Positions 16,302-25,139 of a stretch of 64,000 bases of DNA are shown here, piece by piece. The translations under genes were made by a program, and so were the position numbers. Numbering within the stretch: position 1 is the stretch's first letter; every line of letters begins with the position of its first letter. A model generated the notes under the pieces. The model saw nothing but the letters and a program-made list of their open reading frames with translations. It was not told where the DNA came from and made no database searches. Source of the DNA: a virus; IMG/VR virus record IMGVR_UViG_3300045988_126140, positions 1 through 64,000 of that record. One strand, 5' to 3'.

Positions 16302-17426
16302 ATGGATGAAAAAAATAGAAAAAGATATTTTCTTGCAAACGAGGATTTATATCAATTAACGGTAGATTTTGAATGTTTATTATTTGCTTTTGAAAAATTA
16401 AACCTTCTAACTTCTACAAAACTAAAACCAGACATTGAAGAATGTATCTTAATTAGTGATTTTAGTGCTTATCAATTCGTAGATTATGAAGAATTAGAAG
16501 CCACTAATAAAGATACCTTAACAAGAATAGCAATATTATTATGTAAACAAATATTAAAATTTAAATACGGAGAATCAATGAGTATACCTATTATTGAAAA
16601 TTATGAAAAAGCTTATGATAGATGGAAGGTGAATAACATAAGTAAAAAAGAAACAAAAGAATGTAAATTAGACGATGTTATACTTGACAAAGAAATAAAA
16701 GAGGACGTGCTTAGTACAATAAACTTTGTAAAAAATATGGAAAAATATAAAGAAATTGGATGTGAATTACCAAGTGGTATATTACTAGAAGGGTCTCCTG
16801 GAACTGGGAAAACATTACTTGCTAAATCAATAGCCAGTGAATCTAATATGAATTTTAAATCAATAGTAGCTTCAGATTTTGCCGAAAAATACGTAGGGGA
16901 GTCAAGTAAAAAGGTGCAAAAAATATTTGATGACTTAAAAAATAAAGGTGGAGGAATTCTTTTTATAGATGAAATTGACGCTATAGGTGTAAATCGTGAA
17001 GGTGACGATAACAAGGAATATAGAAGTGCAATGAACAAACTATTATCTTGTATGAATGAAGCAAGTGATAATAAGATTATAGTTATAGGAGCAACAAATT
17101 TAGTAGAACAATTAGACCCAGCATTAATTAGAGAAGGGAGATTCGATAAGGTTATAACTATTCCTTTGCCTTCTTATGAATTAAGAGTTGAATTATTTAA
17201 ATTATACGTTGGTAAACTTAAACATGAAAAGGATATAAATTATGAATTATTGGCTAAAATAACAGAAGGTAAAACTGGAGCATTTATTCATACAGTTTGT
17301 AATCATAGTGGTATATATGCTGTAGATAAAGGTTTATGTAAAGTTAATCAAGGTTGTTTATTACATACAATAGAAAGAATGGTTAGAGATAAAAAAGTAA
17401 AAAAATCAACTATTGGATTTAAATAA
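16302..17426 (+). CDS. classic-clade AAA+ ATPase (FtsH/Cdc48-like module)
   Basis: Walker A GSPGTGKT, Walker B ILFIDEIDA, second region of homology GATNLVEQLDPALIREGRFD. Confidence 0.85.
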   Translation: MDEKNRKRYFLANEDLYQLTVDFECLLFAFEKLNLLTSTKLKPDIEECILISDFSAYQFVDYEELEATNKDTLTRIAILLCKQILKFKYGESMSIPIIENYEKAYDRWKVNNISKKETKECKLDDVILDKEIKEDVLSTINFVKNMEKYKEIGCELPSGILLEGSPGTGKTLLAKSIASESNMNFKSIVASDFAEKYVGESSKKVQKIFDDLKNKGGGILFIDEIDAIGVNREGDDNKEYRSAMNKLLSCMNEASDNKIIVIGATNLVEQLDPALIREGRFDKVITIPLPSYELRVELFKLYVGKLKHEKDINYELLAKITEGKTGAFIHTVCNHSGIYAVDKGLCKVNQGCLLHTIERMVRDKKVKKSTIGFK

Positions 17427-17446
17427 TAATATAAGAGGTGATTATT

Positions 17447-18502
17447 GTGCAGAATAAAAAAAGAAGAATAATCTATGAAATATATTTTCCAGCATTTTGT
17501 AAAGACCTCCAAGATTTAACAAATAAAATACATTATTTCAAGGAATTAGGAGTAACAACCTTATGGCTGACTCCTATCTTCCCTAGTCCAACAGAACATG
17601 GTTATGACACTACTGATTATTTTAATATCAAAAAAGAGTACGGAACTCTTGAAGATTTTGATAATTTCATTAAGAAAGCTCATGAAAATGGGTTAGAAAT
17701 TCTTTTGGATTTAGTTTTGTGTCATACGAGTTCAGAACATAAATTATTTAAAGATTCTATTCAAGGTAAAAATGATTGTTACTTTTGGAGTGATAAAAAA
17801 TTAGATGATACCTGGAAAATTTGTAATGATAATGGTCAATATTATCAAGCAAAATGGTATTATACAATGCCACAGTTAAACAATCAATCTGAAACAGTAA
17901 GAGATATGATAAAAGAAGTGGTAAAGTTTTGGCTAATAGAACATAAAGTAGATGGATTTAGACTTGATGCCATTAAATATGCAAGTGGCGACCCAATCAA
18001 TTTCTGGAAATGGTTTTGTGAGGAAGTTTACAAAATAAAACCAGATACTTACCTAATCGGTGAATGCTGGGAAACATTTGATATAAGTAATAAATATGCT
18101 ATAGAGAGTGGAATGAAAACATTCAATTTTGAACAAGCTGGTTGGATGAAAAATAAAGTATTGCATAATGGTGAGTTTAAAGTTGTAAACAATGTAGATA
18201 ATGCAGTTATCTTCTTGGATAATCATGATATGAGTAGAATAGCCGTTGATTGTACTTTCAATCAAGATAAAATTAAGAAATTACTGGACTTAATGTTCAC
18301 GTTTAAGAACAACGACATATGCATATACTATGGTGATGAAATCGCAATGGGTGTTCCTAATGGTCATGTACACTGTGGTGGTTGTGGAGATTTTCATTCC
18401 CGTACTAAAATGGATTGGAATGAAGTAGAGAAACAAAGAAAAGACCCAAACTCCTTATTTAATTATATGAAAAAATTAATAAAAGAGTTTAAAAATAATT
18501 AA
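17447..18502 (+). CDS. GH13 (alpha-amylase family) catalytic-barrel enzyme, compact, no signal peptide
   Basis: GH13 regions are present: DLVLCHTS (I), DGFRLDAIKY (II, nucleophile Asp), GECWE (III, Glu), FLDNHDM (IV, Asp), MPQLN (V). GTG 17447 is preferred because the track start 17438 lies inside the SD. Confidence 0.8.
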   Translation: MQNKKRRIIYEIYFPAFCKDLQDLTNKIHYFKELGVTTLWLTPIFPSPTEHGYDTTDYFNIKKEYGTLEDFDNFIKKAHENGLEILLDLVLCHTSSEHKLFKDSIQGKNDCYFWSDKKLDDTWKICNDNGQYYQAKWYYTMPQLNNQSETVRDMIKEVVKFWLIEHKVDGFRLDAIKYASGDPINFWKWFCEEVYKIKPDTYLIGECWETFDISNKYAIESGMKTFNFEQAGWMKNKVLHNGEFKVVNNVDNAVIFLDNHDMSRIAVDCTFNQDKIKKLLDLMFTFKNNDICIYYGDEIAMGVPNGHVHCGGCGDFHSRTKMDWNEVEKQRKDPNSLFNYMKKLIKEFKNN

Positions 18503-18506
18503 TAAA
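18492..18506 (+). repeat. 15-mer (exact)
   Basis: Overlaps the ..KNN stop of the GH13 gene. Followed by P5. Confidence 0.95.
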
Positions 18507-18511
18507 ATCTA

Positions 18512-18539
18512 TTGATAAATAATTTGGTTATGATATGAT
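18512..18539 (+). promoter_or_regulatory. sigma-A-type promoter P5 (TTGATA / TGATATGAT)
   Basis: TTGATA at 18512-18517 and TGATATGAT at 18531-18539. Upstream of the HNH pseudogene. Confidence 0.55.
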
Positions 18540-18568
18540 AATTTATATAAAAAGGGGGATTAATAATC

Positions 18569-19351
18569 ATGGGGAGTAAAATTGATAGAACAGGAGAGAT
18601 AAATTATAACACTTTTGGAAGCAAAATGATTATAGTAGAATATAGAACAAACAGAGACATGGATATATATTTCCCAGAGTATGACTGAACTGCTAAAAAT
18701 ATTCAATATGATAAATTTAAAAATGGCAATATTAAATGTCCGTATGAAAGAAGAACATTTGGAGTTGGCTATTTAGGTGAAGGAAAATATAGAACAAAAG
18801 AAAATGGGAAAACAACTAATTGTTATGAAACATGGCACAATATGTTATTAAGGTGTTATGATGAAAAATATCATGAAAAATATCCTACATATAAGAATTG
18901 TAAAGTTTGTGAAGAGTGGCATAATTATACAAATTTTGGTGATTGGTTTGTAGATAATTATTATGAAATTGAAGGTCAAAAGATGTGTTTAGACAAGGAT
19001 ATATTGTATAAAGGAAATAAAATTTATTCACCAAATACTTGTGTTTTTGTACCTAATAATATAAATGTCTTATTTGTAAAAGGCAATAAAATGAGAGGGG
19101 ATTATCCTATAGGGGTTGATTATAATAAAATTAATGGAAAATTTAGAGCAAGATGTAGTATTTATGATTTTAAAGAAAATAAAAATAAATCAAAACATTT
19201 AGGATATTATAATACACCAGAAGATGCATTCGAAACATATAAGCAATTTAAAGAACAATATATTAAAGAGGTTGCAGATTATTATAAAAATTTAATACCA
19301 AGAAAATTATCTGATGTATTATACAATTATAAGGTAGAAATAACAGATTAA
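18569..19351 (+). pseudogene. HNH/AP2-type paralog (copy 4) with an in-frame TGA replacing the conserved Trp
   Basis: MGSKIDRTGE..FPEYD*TAKN. TGA at 18686-18688 sits where all paralogs have TGG (..YDW..). The same frame continues into track ORF 18842-19351. It has its own promoter at 18512-18539. Confidence 0.8.
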
Positions 19352-19364
19352 TAATAATTAATAA

Positions 19365-19393
19365 ATAGCTCAAGTTAAATCGACTTGAGCTAT
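19365..19393 (+). terminator. stem-loop terminator candidate after HNH pseudogene copy 4
   Basis: 11-bp perfect stem ATAGCTCAAGT/ACTTGAGCTAT with a 7-nt loop, then ATTTGT (weak U-tract). Confidence 0.5.
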
Positions 19394-19470
19394 ATTTGTA
19401 GGTATAAATTATCAATGAATAAATTAAAAGGGCTTAGAATGGCGTATAAAAGGTCAAAATTTTTATCAAT

Positions 19471-19502
19471 CATAGGTAATTTTTGGTGAATTAATGTTAA
19501 TA
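19471..19502 (+). promoter_or_regulatory. phage-specific promoter C4
   Basis: CATAGGTAATTT at 19471-19482 and TGTTAATA at 19495-19502. Confidence 0.65.
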
Positions 19503-19530
19503 CGGTAATATAAGAGAGGAGTGATAGAAA

Positions 19531-19590
19531 ATGTATTATAATGAGGAACATAAAAAAAGAGTAATTGAAAGTGGGGATGGTAATTATTGA
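19531..19590 (+). pseudogene. 19-codon remnant homologous to the 5' end of the zinc-ribbon nuclease gene (12307)
   Basis: MYYNEEHKKRVIESGDGNY* compared with MYQNEEHKRGVIERGDGYEY. Both follow a CATAGGTAATTT promoter. Confidence 0.7.
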
Positions 19591-19611
19591 ATATAGAAAA
19601 AGTACAGATTG

Positions 19612-19626
19612 AAAATAATTAATAAA
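19612..19626 (+). repeat. 15-mer (exact)
   Basis: Followed by the dnaB SD. Confidence 0.95.
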
Positions 19627-19638
19627 GGGGTGATAAAT

Positions 19639-21198
19639 ATGAAAATATTATATGAAGAATTGCCAGACTATCTACAAAAAAATAGAAAAAGCATTGAAGG
19701 AACTGTTTTGGGAGTTTTATTCCAAGACATAATGAGTGTTAAAGAATATAACTTAGACGATATATTTATAACACATGAAGGAATGGTATTATATAGAATC
19801 GTTAAAACGCTTTCAGATAATAATGTATTAAAGGCGACAGATTTGGATATTAAACTTCAATGTGAACCTTCTCTAGTTAAAGAGTATACTGACTTAGGTG
19901 GTTTTAAAATGGTAGAAATATTAATGAGAACAACAGAATTAGAAAATGCCAATTCATACATTGATTCGTTGCTTAAACATAATATGTTAATATCATTTTG
20001 GGAAGATGGGTTGGATTTAACAAAAGAGATAACTATAACAACTAAAAAAGGTGAAACTCAAATATCATGGATAGAATTAGCTGAAAAAATGACAACAGAT
20101 GAATTATTAAATTTTAAAGAAAGTAGAGACACTTCTTATCTGCCAATTAGTATTAATTCGGATGTAAAGGAACACGTTGGTGAAATAAGCATGGACTTTA
20201 TTGAAAATCTTGAAAATGGTAATGAGGTTGGATTTTTATTTGAAAATGTCTTATCTTCTAAGTTTTTACCAACTATAAGTAAAGAAATACTAGGGCTAAG
20301 AAAGAGAACATTGAATTTTATCGCCAGTTCTATAAATATTGGGAAAAGTACATTATTATCTAATCTAGCCTTATCTTTAGCATCCAATGGGTATAGAACG
20401 TTGTTGATGACAAACGAGGAAGACATAAGTGCTTTCAAGATTAAATTCCTAACTTATTTGGTAAATAATGAAGTAGGATATAAAAAAATAAATCAAAAGA
20501 AAATTAAATCTGGTGGATTAACTGACGAAGATAAACTAGCACTTAGGGAGGCAAGAAATATATATAATGAAAAAATAGCAGACAATTTAATAATTGTAAG
20601 TACTAATACAATGAATATGGGTAGTATGAAAAAAATAATTAGGAAATATTCATTAAGTAGTAAAGGTTTAGATGTGTTTCTATTTGATACATTTAAGATG
20701 AGTAACGGTACAGATGATGACTGGAAAGCTTTAGTAAAACAATCTCGTGAAATCCATGAATTGACAAAGATTTATGATATATGTGCTGTAATGACTTATC
20801 AATTAGCAATGTCTAATAATGGGTCATTATTCTTAGACATTGGTATGATGGCGAACTCGAAACAAATTGGGGAAGTGGCCAGTGAAATTTTTTTAATGAG
20901 AACTTTATATAAGGAAGAGTTGGATAAGGATTCTAAAGCATATTGTAAACCTTTTAAAAGAGTAAAGAAAGGCGATAGATGGGTCGAAGAAGAGGTTGAG
21001 TTGAGTCCAGATTCAAACTACCGTGTACTCTTCCTCGGAAAATCAAGAAGTGCAACTGTATCAAGTGATAGTAATACAGCTTTCATATTACATATGAATA
21101 CATATAGCACAAAGATTAGTGAAGTATGTTTTTGCCATCCCGTCAGAATGAATATAAACAATATCAATCAACAAAATAATAAATTTGGTAAAAAGTAG
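19639..21198 (+). CDS. dnaB: DnaB-family replicative helicase
   Basis: Walker A SSINIGKSTLL and Walker B-like VFLFDTF, with a DnaB-like N-terminal domain. ATG 19639 lies 8 nt after AGGGGTGA. Confidence 0.75.
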   Translation: MKILYEELPDYLQKNRKSIEGTVLGVLFQDIMSVKEYNLDDIFITHEGMVLYRIVKTLSDNNVLKATDLDIKLQCEPSLVKEYTDLGGFKMVEILMRTTELENANSYIDSLLKHNMLISFWEDGLDLTKEITITTKKGETQISWIELAEKMTTDELLNFKESRDTSYLPISINSDVKEHVGEISMDFIENLENGNEVGFLFENVLSSKFLPTISKEILGLRKRTLNFIASSINIGKSTLLSNLALSLASNGYRTLLMTNEEDISAFKIKFLTYLVNNEVGYKKINQKKIKSGGLTDEDKLALREARNIYNEKIADNLIIVSTNTMNMGSMKKIIRKYSLSSKGLDVFLFDTFKMSNGTDDDWKALVKQSREIHELTKIYDICAVMTYQLAMSNNGSLFLDIGMMANSKQIGEVASEIFLMRTLYKEELDKDSKAYCKPFKRVKKGDRWVEEEVELSPDSNYRVLFLGKSRSATVSSDSNTAFILHMNTYSTKISEVCFCHPVRMNINNINQQNNKFGKK

Positions 21199-21211
21199 GT
21201 GACAAACCTAT

Positions 21212-22231
21212 ATGAAAGAGTATTTAAAAAATAATCCAGAACAAATTGAAAAAATATTAAGTTATTACAATTATCATAGTATTAATATAACAGATAAAGA
21301 AATTAGATGTGCAAAAGTAGGAGGAGATAACCCTAGTGGCTGTAGAATCAAATTAAATGATAATTTATCAGCTACAGATTTTACAACGTCTTATAATGGG
21401 GATTTATTCTCTTTAATAGCTACTCATACAGGTTTAACCTATGGAGAAGTATTAAAAACAATTACAACTATGTTGGGTAAGAAAATAGAAGGTAACTATC
21501 AATCAGAGGAAAAAAGTTTATTCGATGGTTTCTTCGATAGCTTATATGTACCTTATGAAGATGAAGAAAAGGAAGTGACTTATGATGAAAGTGTTTTAGA
21601 TAAATATAATAATGGATATAAATGGTTTAAACGTTTCGCAGATGATGGAATTTTACCTTCGAGTCAAGTTAAATTTAATATAGGGTTTGATGAAGAATCA
21701 AATCGTATTACAATACCTCATTATAATGAACATGGAAAACTCGTGGGAATTATGGGTCGTATAGATAGTGACGAACCAACAAATTATAAATATCTTCCTA
21801 TAATAGCTTTTGAAAAGCACAAAAACCTTTATGGATTGTATCAGAATAAGGAATATGTTAAAGAGAGTAAAGAAGTATATGTATTTGAATCAGAGAAATC
21901 AGTTATGTTAGGAGATAGTCTAGGTTATAAATCCTTTGTGGCATTAGGAGGAAACAGTATATCCAAGACACAAGTAGAACAATTATTGAAATTAAATGTG
22001 AACAAAATCATTATAGCACTTGATGAAGGATTGGATACAGAAATAATAAAAAAAGATATAAAGACGATAAAAGATTGTCTTTTTATGAAGGATAATATTA
22101 GAATAGGTTTCATATTAGATAAAGAAAATAAATATCTGCCTAAAGGGTCAAAAGCTTCACCAATAGATTTAGGAAAAGAAGTATTTGAAAAACTTTGCAA
22201 TGAATGTATTTTGGGAGGTAAAAATAATTAA
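21212..22231 (+). CDS. dnaG: TOPRIM DNA primase
   Basis: TOPRIM landmarks VYVFESEKSVM and IIALDEGLD. Immediately downstream of the helicase. Ends ..GKNN in the 15-mer. Confidence 0.7.
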   Translation: MKEYLKNNPEQIEKILSYYNYHSINITDKEIRCAKVGGDNPSGCRIKLNDNLSATDFTTSYNGDLFSLIATHTGLTYGEVLKTITTMLGKKIEGNYQSEEKSLFDGFFDSLYVPYEDEEKEVTYDESVLDKYNNGYKWFKRFADDGILPSSQVKFNIGFDEESNRITIPHYNEHGKLVGIMGRIDSDEPTNYKYLPIIAFEKHKNLYGLYQNKEYVKESKEVYVFESEKSVMLGDSLGYKSFVALGGNSISKTQVEQLLKLNVNKIIIALDEGLDTEIIKKDIKTIKDCLFMKDNIRIGFILDKENKYLPKGSKASPIDLGKEVFEKLCNECILGGKNN

Positions 22232-22235
22232 TAAA
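22221..22235 (+). repeat. 15-mer (exact)
   Basis: Overlaps the ..KNN stop of the primase gene. Followed by an SD. Confidence 0.95.
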
Positions 22236-22251
22236 TAGGAGGAGTGATATT

Positions 22252-22398
22252 ATGAAAAATTTAAATAATCAATACAAATTAATATTATTAGGTATGATTT
22301 TATGGATATTAGCTGTTGTTTTAGGATGTTTTGGATTTAATAGCACAGCTATATTATTAATTATACTTGGTGGTGTGTTGACATATTTAAATATGTAA
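22252..22398 (+). CDS. 48-aa membrane peptide
   Basis: AGGAGGAG SD after the 15-mer at 22221-22235. Two TM-like segments. Confidence 0.5.
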   Translation: MKNLNNQYKLILLGMILWILAVVLGCFGFNSTAILLIILGGVLTYLNM

Positions 22399-22415
22399 AT
22401 AAAGGAGGAATAATT

Positions 22416-23342
22416 ATGAAAGGAATTAATTTTGAAGATAAAAATATTAAATTTGTATTATTACCAATAGGTAGATATTTAATAGATGGGGAAGTTGTTA
22501 ATAATAACACTTGCACTAAAATTGAAGTAAAAGTAAAAAATGAAAAAGACATAAGAGAAATAGAAGAAACTAAAATTGTAGACTATTATTTACATGTTGA
22601 CACAAAAGAAAAGATAACAAATGAAGAATATAATTCTAAAATCAATCAATTATTAGAAAAATCATATTATGACTATGACGTGGACGAGCGAATATTCACA
22701 ACGTTAGAAGATGAGTATGCTTATAAGAAATTTAAAAGTTTATATAAACCAATATATAAAATCATACAGACATTTAGTGAACCACTCAAGGTAGAAATGA
22801 AAACGTATCAATATGATACAGGGAATAAATTTATAAAGAATTGTTTCTTAAATGGAAATAGTTCATATGATTTGTATACTTATAATCGACATGATGCTTG
22901 GATAGATATAGTTGAAAATTGTTTTAAAGAATTAAAATTTGAGTACATTCCAAACTGTGATTATGGACATACGAAAGATAAGAAAGTCTGGGGGAATTCT
23001 ACTCATTCATGTATAAGATATGTTACAGCTTTTGGAGGATATGTATTTGATGATAGATTTAACCTTCCAAACAAATGTATATATGGTACATTAGAAGATT
23101 TAAAAGAAAGATATAAAAAGGATTATGATAGAATAAGAGATGTAATAATTAGGAAATATAATAAAGCATATAAAGATATAGACCCTAAAAAAGTTGATTA
23201 TAAAAAAGTAATCGAAGAATTATATCGTATAGATGGTATTATAAATAACATTGATGTTAAAAAACAATCAATAGAAAAACAGAAAGGAGCAATAAGCAGA
23301 ATTGACAAATTAATACAATATTTAGAAAGTAAATACGAATAG
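22416..23342 (+). CDS. hypothetical protein (308 aa)
   Basis: AAGGAGGA SD. No family recognised. Confidence 0.75.
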   Translation: MKGINFEDKNIKFVLLPIGRYLIDGEVVNNNTCTKIEVKVKNEKDIREIEETKIVDYYLHVDTKEKITNEEYNSKINQLLEKSYYDYDVDERIFTTLEDEYAYKKFKSLYKPIYKIIQTFSEPLKVEMKTYQYDTGNKFIKNCFLNGNSSYDLYTYNRHDAWIDIVENCFKELKFEYIPNCDYGHTKDKKVWGNSTHSCIRYVTAFGGYVFDDRFNLPNKCIYGTLEDLKERYKKDYDRIRDVIIRKYNKAYKDIDPKKVDYKKVIEELYRIDGIINNIDVKKQSIEKQKGAISRIDKLIQYLESKYE

Positions 23343-23403
23343 GAGAGTTTATATATAAAACACAATGGAACTTTTGTAGAATAATTAATAAAGGAGTGAT
23401 GTT

Positions 23404-24180
23404 ATGAGTGGTAAAATTGATAGGACAGGGGAAGTAGGTTATAATAATTTTGGTAGCGAGATGATTATTATTAGATATAAAACTAATAAAGATATTGATA
23501 TTTATTTTCCAGAGTATAATTGGATGGCTAAAAATAAACAATATGGTGATTTCAAAAAAGGTGAAATTAAATGTCCATATGACAGAAATATTTATGGAGT
23601 GGGTTATTTGGGAGAAGGGAAATATAAATGCAAAGAAAATGGCAACCTTACTAGAGTTTATCAAATATGGAATAGTATGCTTCAAAGATGTTATGATGAA
23701 AAACGCCATAAAAAACAACCGACATATATTGATTGTGAAGTAAGCAAAGATTTTCATAACTTTCAAAATTTTGGAGAATGGGACAAGGAGAATTATTATA
23801 GAGTTAAAGATGAAAAAATGTGCTTAGACAAAGACATACTTTATAAACATAATAAAATATATTCTCCAGATACCTGCATCTACGTACCACAGACCATTAA
23901 TAATTTATTTGTTAAAAATGATAAAAACAGAGGTGAATCAGTTATAGGTACAAGTCCTTTTAAAGGTAAATATATGGTAAGATGTCAAATGATTAATCCG
24001 AAAACAAGTAAATCAAAAAATGAATATTTAGGTTATTATGATACTCAAGAAAAAGCATTTAAAATATACAAGTATTACAAAGAAAAGAATATAAAAATGG
24101 TAGCTGACTATTATAAAGAACAGATACCAGACAAATTATATGATGCACTATATAATTATGAAGTAGAGATAGATGATTAA
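23404..24180 (+). CDS. HNH/AP2-type homing-endonuclease-like protein (copy 5)
   Basis: Family signature. Near-copies of the 15-mer lie on both sides (23378 and 24180). Confidence 0.8.
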   Translation: MSGKIDRTGEVGYNNFGSEMIIIRYKTNKDIDIYFPEYNWMAKNKQYGDFKKGEIKCPYDRNIYGVGYLGEGKYKCKENGNLTRVYQIWNSMLQRCYDEKRHKKQPTYIDCEVSKDFHNFQNFGEWDKENYYRVKDEKMCLDKDILYKHNKIYSPDTCIYVPQTINNLFVKNDKNRGESVIGTSPFKGKYMVRCQMINPKTSKSKNEYLGYYDTQEKAFKIYKYYKEKNIKMVADYYKEQIPDKLYDALYNYEVEIDD

Positions 24181-24204
24181 AAATAATTAATAAGGAGTGA
24201 TTTT

Positions 24205-25074
24205 ATGAAAGAAAATAAAAAAGAAAAATACTCATATTCAAAATTAAGTTGTTATGGCAACTGTCCTAAGAACTATTATCTAACTTATATAGAACACGTT
24301 GAAAGAAGTCAAAATATTTATGGGAGTGCAGGTGGTGATGCTCACGAACTGGTACAAGCCCTAGAAATAGGAGAAATGACAAATGAACAAGCCGTTGAAG
24401 AATGGGAATCAAAAATGGATATATATGAATTCTGTGGTGAAGCTAATTTTCCAACAATTAATGCTAAGAAAAATTATATAACAGATGTAACGGCTTATTT
24501 CAGAAATTTTAAACCAATACCTATAAATGGTAGAGAAGTATTAATAGAAAAGGAATTTGAAGTTGAGATTGAAGGAATTGTTATTCGTGGATTCATCGAT
24601 TTAACATTGATTGACCACAACAAAAAAGAGATTGAAGTGATTGATTATAAAACATCAAGCAAGAGTGGATTTACAAATAAAAATCTAATTAAAAAATGTT
24701 ATCAATTGATTTTATATTCATTAGCATTACAAAAGTTATATCCAGATTATAAAATAGTTAAATGTGCCTTTGATATGCTCAAGTATGGAAAGCATAAAGA
24801 GACAGGTAAGGTTAAAGAAAGAAAAGATATTCCACCAGGAAAAGAGAAAGAATACGAAAGATATTTTATTGAGATACCATTTAATCAAGAAAACATAGAT
24901 TTATTTAAAGAATTTGTAAATAAAAGCATGGAAGATATTAATAAAGCTAAAGAGGAGGATTTATGGAGTGTAAATAAAACTAATTTTAGTTTCTTCTGTA
25001 AAAATCTTTGCTCGACAGCAGAACATTGTGTTGAATATCAAAAATATAAAAATAAATACAATAAAAGAAAATAA
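24205..25074 (+). CDS. Cas4/RecB-like PD-(D/E)xK exonuclease with a probable Fe-S cluster
   Basis: N-terminal Cys (LSCYGNCP), IDL..EVIDYKT (D..ExK), QLILYSLAL (QxxxY), and C-terminal FFCKNLCSTAEHC. Confidence 0.75.
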   Translation: MKENKKEKYSYSKLSCYGNCPKNYYLTYIEHVERSQNIYGSAGGDAHELVQALEIGEMTNEQAVEEWESKMDIYEFCGEANFPTINAKKNYITDVTAYFRNFKPIPINGREVLIEKEFEVEIEGIVIRGFIDLTLIDHNKKEIEVIDYKTSSKSGFTNKNLIKKCYQLILYSLALQKLYPDYKIVKCAFDMLKYGKHKETGKVKERKDIPPGKEKEYERYFIEIPFNQENIDLFKEFVNKSMEDINKAKEEDLWSVNKTNFSFFCKNLCSTAEHCVEYQKYKNKYNKRK

Positions 25075-25082
25075 TTAATAAA
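25068..25082 (+). repeat. 15-mer (exact)
   Basis: Overlaps the stop of the Cas4-like gene. Followed by C5. Confidence 0.95.
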
Positions 25083-25083
25083 C

Positions 25084-25115
25084 TATAGGTAATTTTCTGT
25101 GTGCTAATGTTAATA
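25084..25115 (+). promoter_or_regulatory. phage-specific promoter C5 (dnaE)
   Basis: TATAGGTAATTT at 25084-25095 and TGTTAATA at 25108-25115. Confidence 0.6.
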
Positions 25116-25139
25116 CACTAATATAGGAGGTGGTAATAA

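Noticed and set aside
18686-18688. TGA at a Trp position, together with the in-frame TAA at 8155, might indicate an alternative genetic code (stop-codon reassignment).
   Set aside because: TGA and TAA clearly terminate many well-delimited genes here, for example TGA at 10475-10477, 32727-32729 and 44822-44824. Trp is otherwise always TGG. These are isolated events, so local recoding or pseudogenisation is the better explanation.
19352-19470. Long non-coding gaps (19352-19470, 36005-36224, 40927-41155, 45310-45473) were scanned for tRNA, tmRNA or other classical RNA genes.
   Set aside because: No acceptor-stem/T-loop (GTTCRANYC) arrangement or cloverleaf-compatible complementarity was seen. 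The gaps are explained by terminator hairpins, promoter modules or the TnpB 3' flank.
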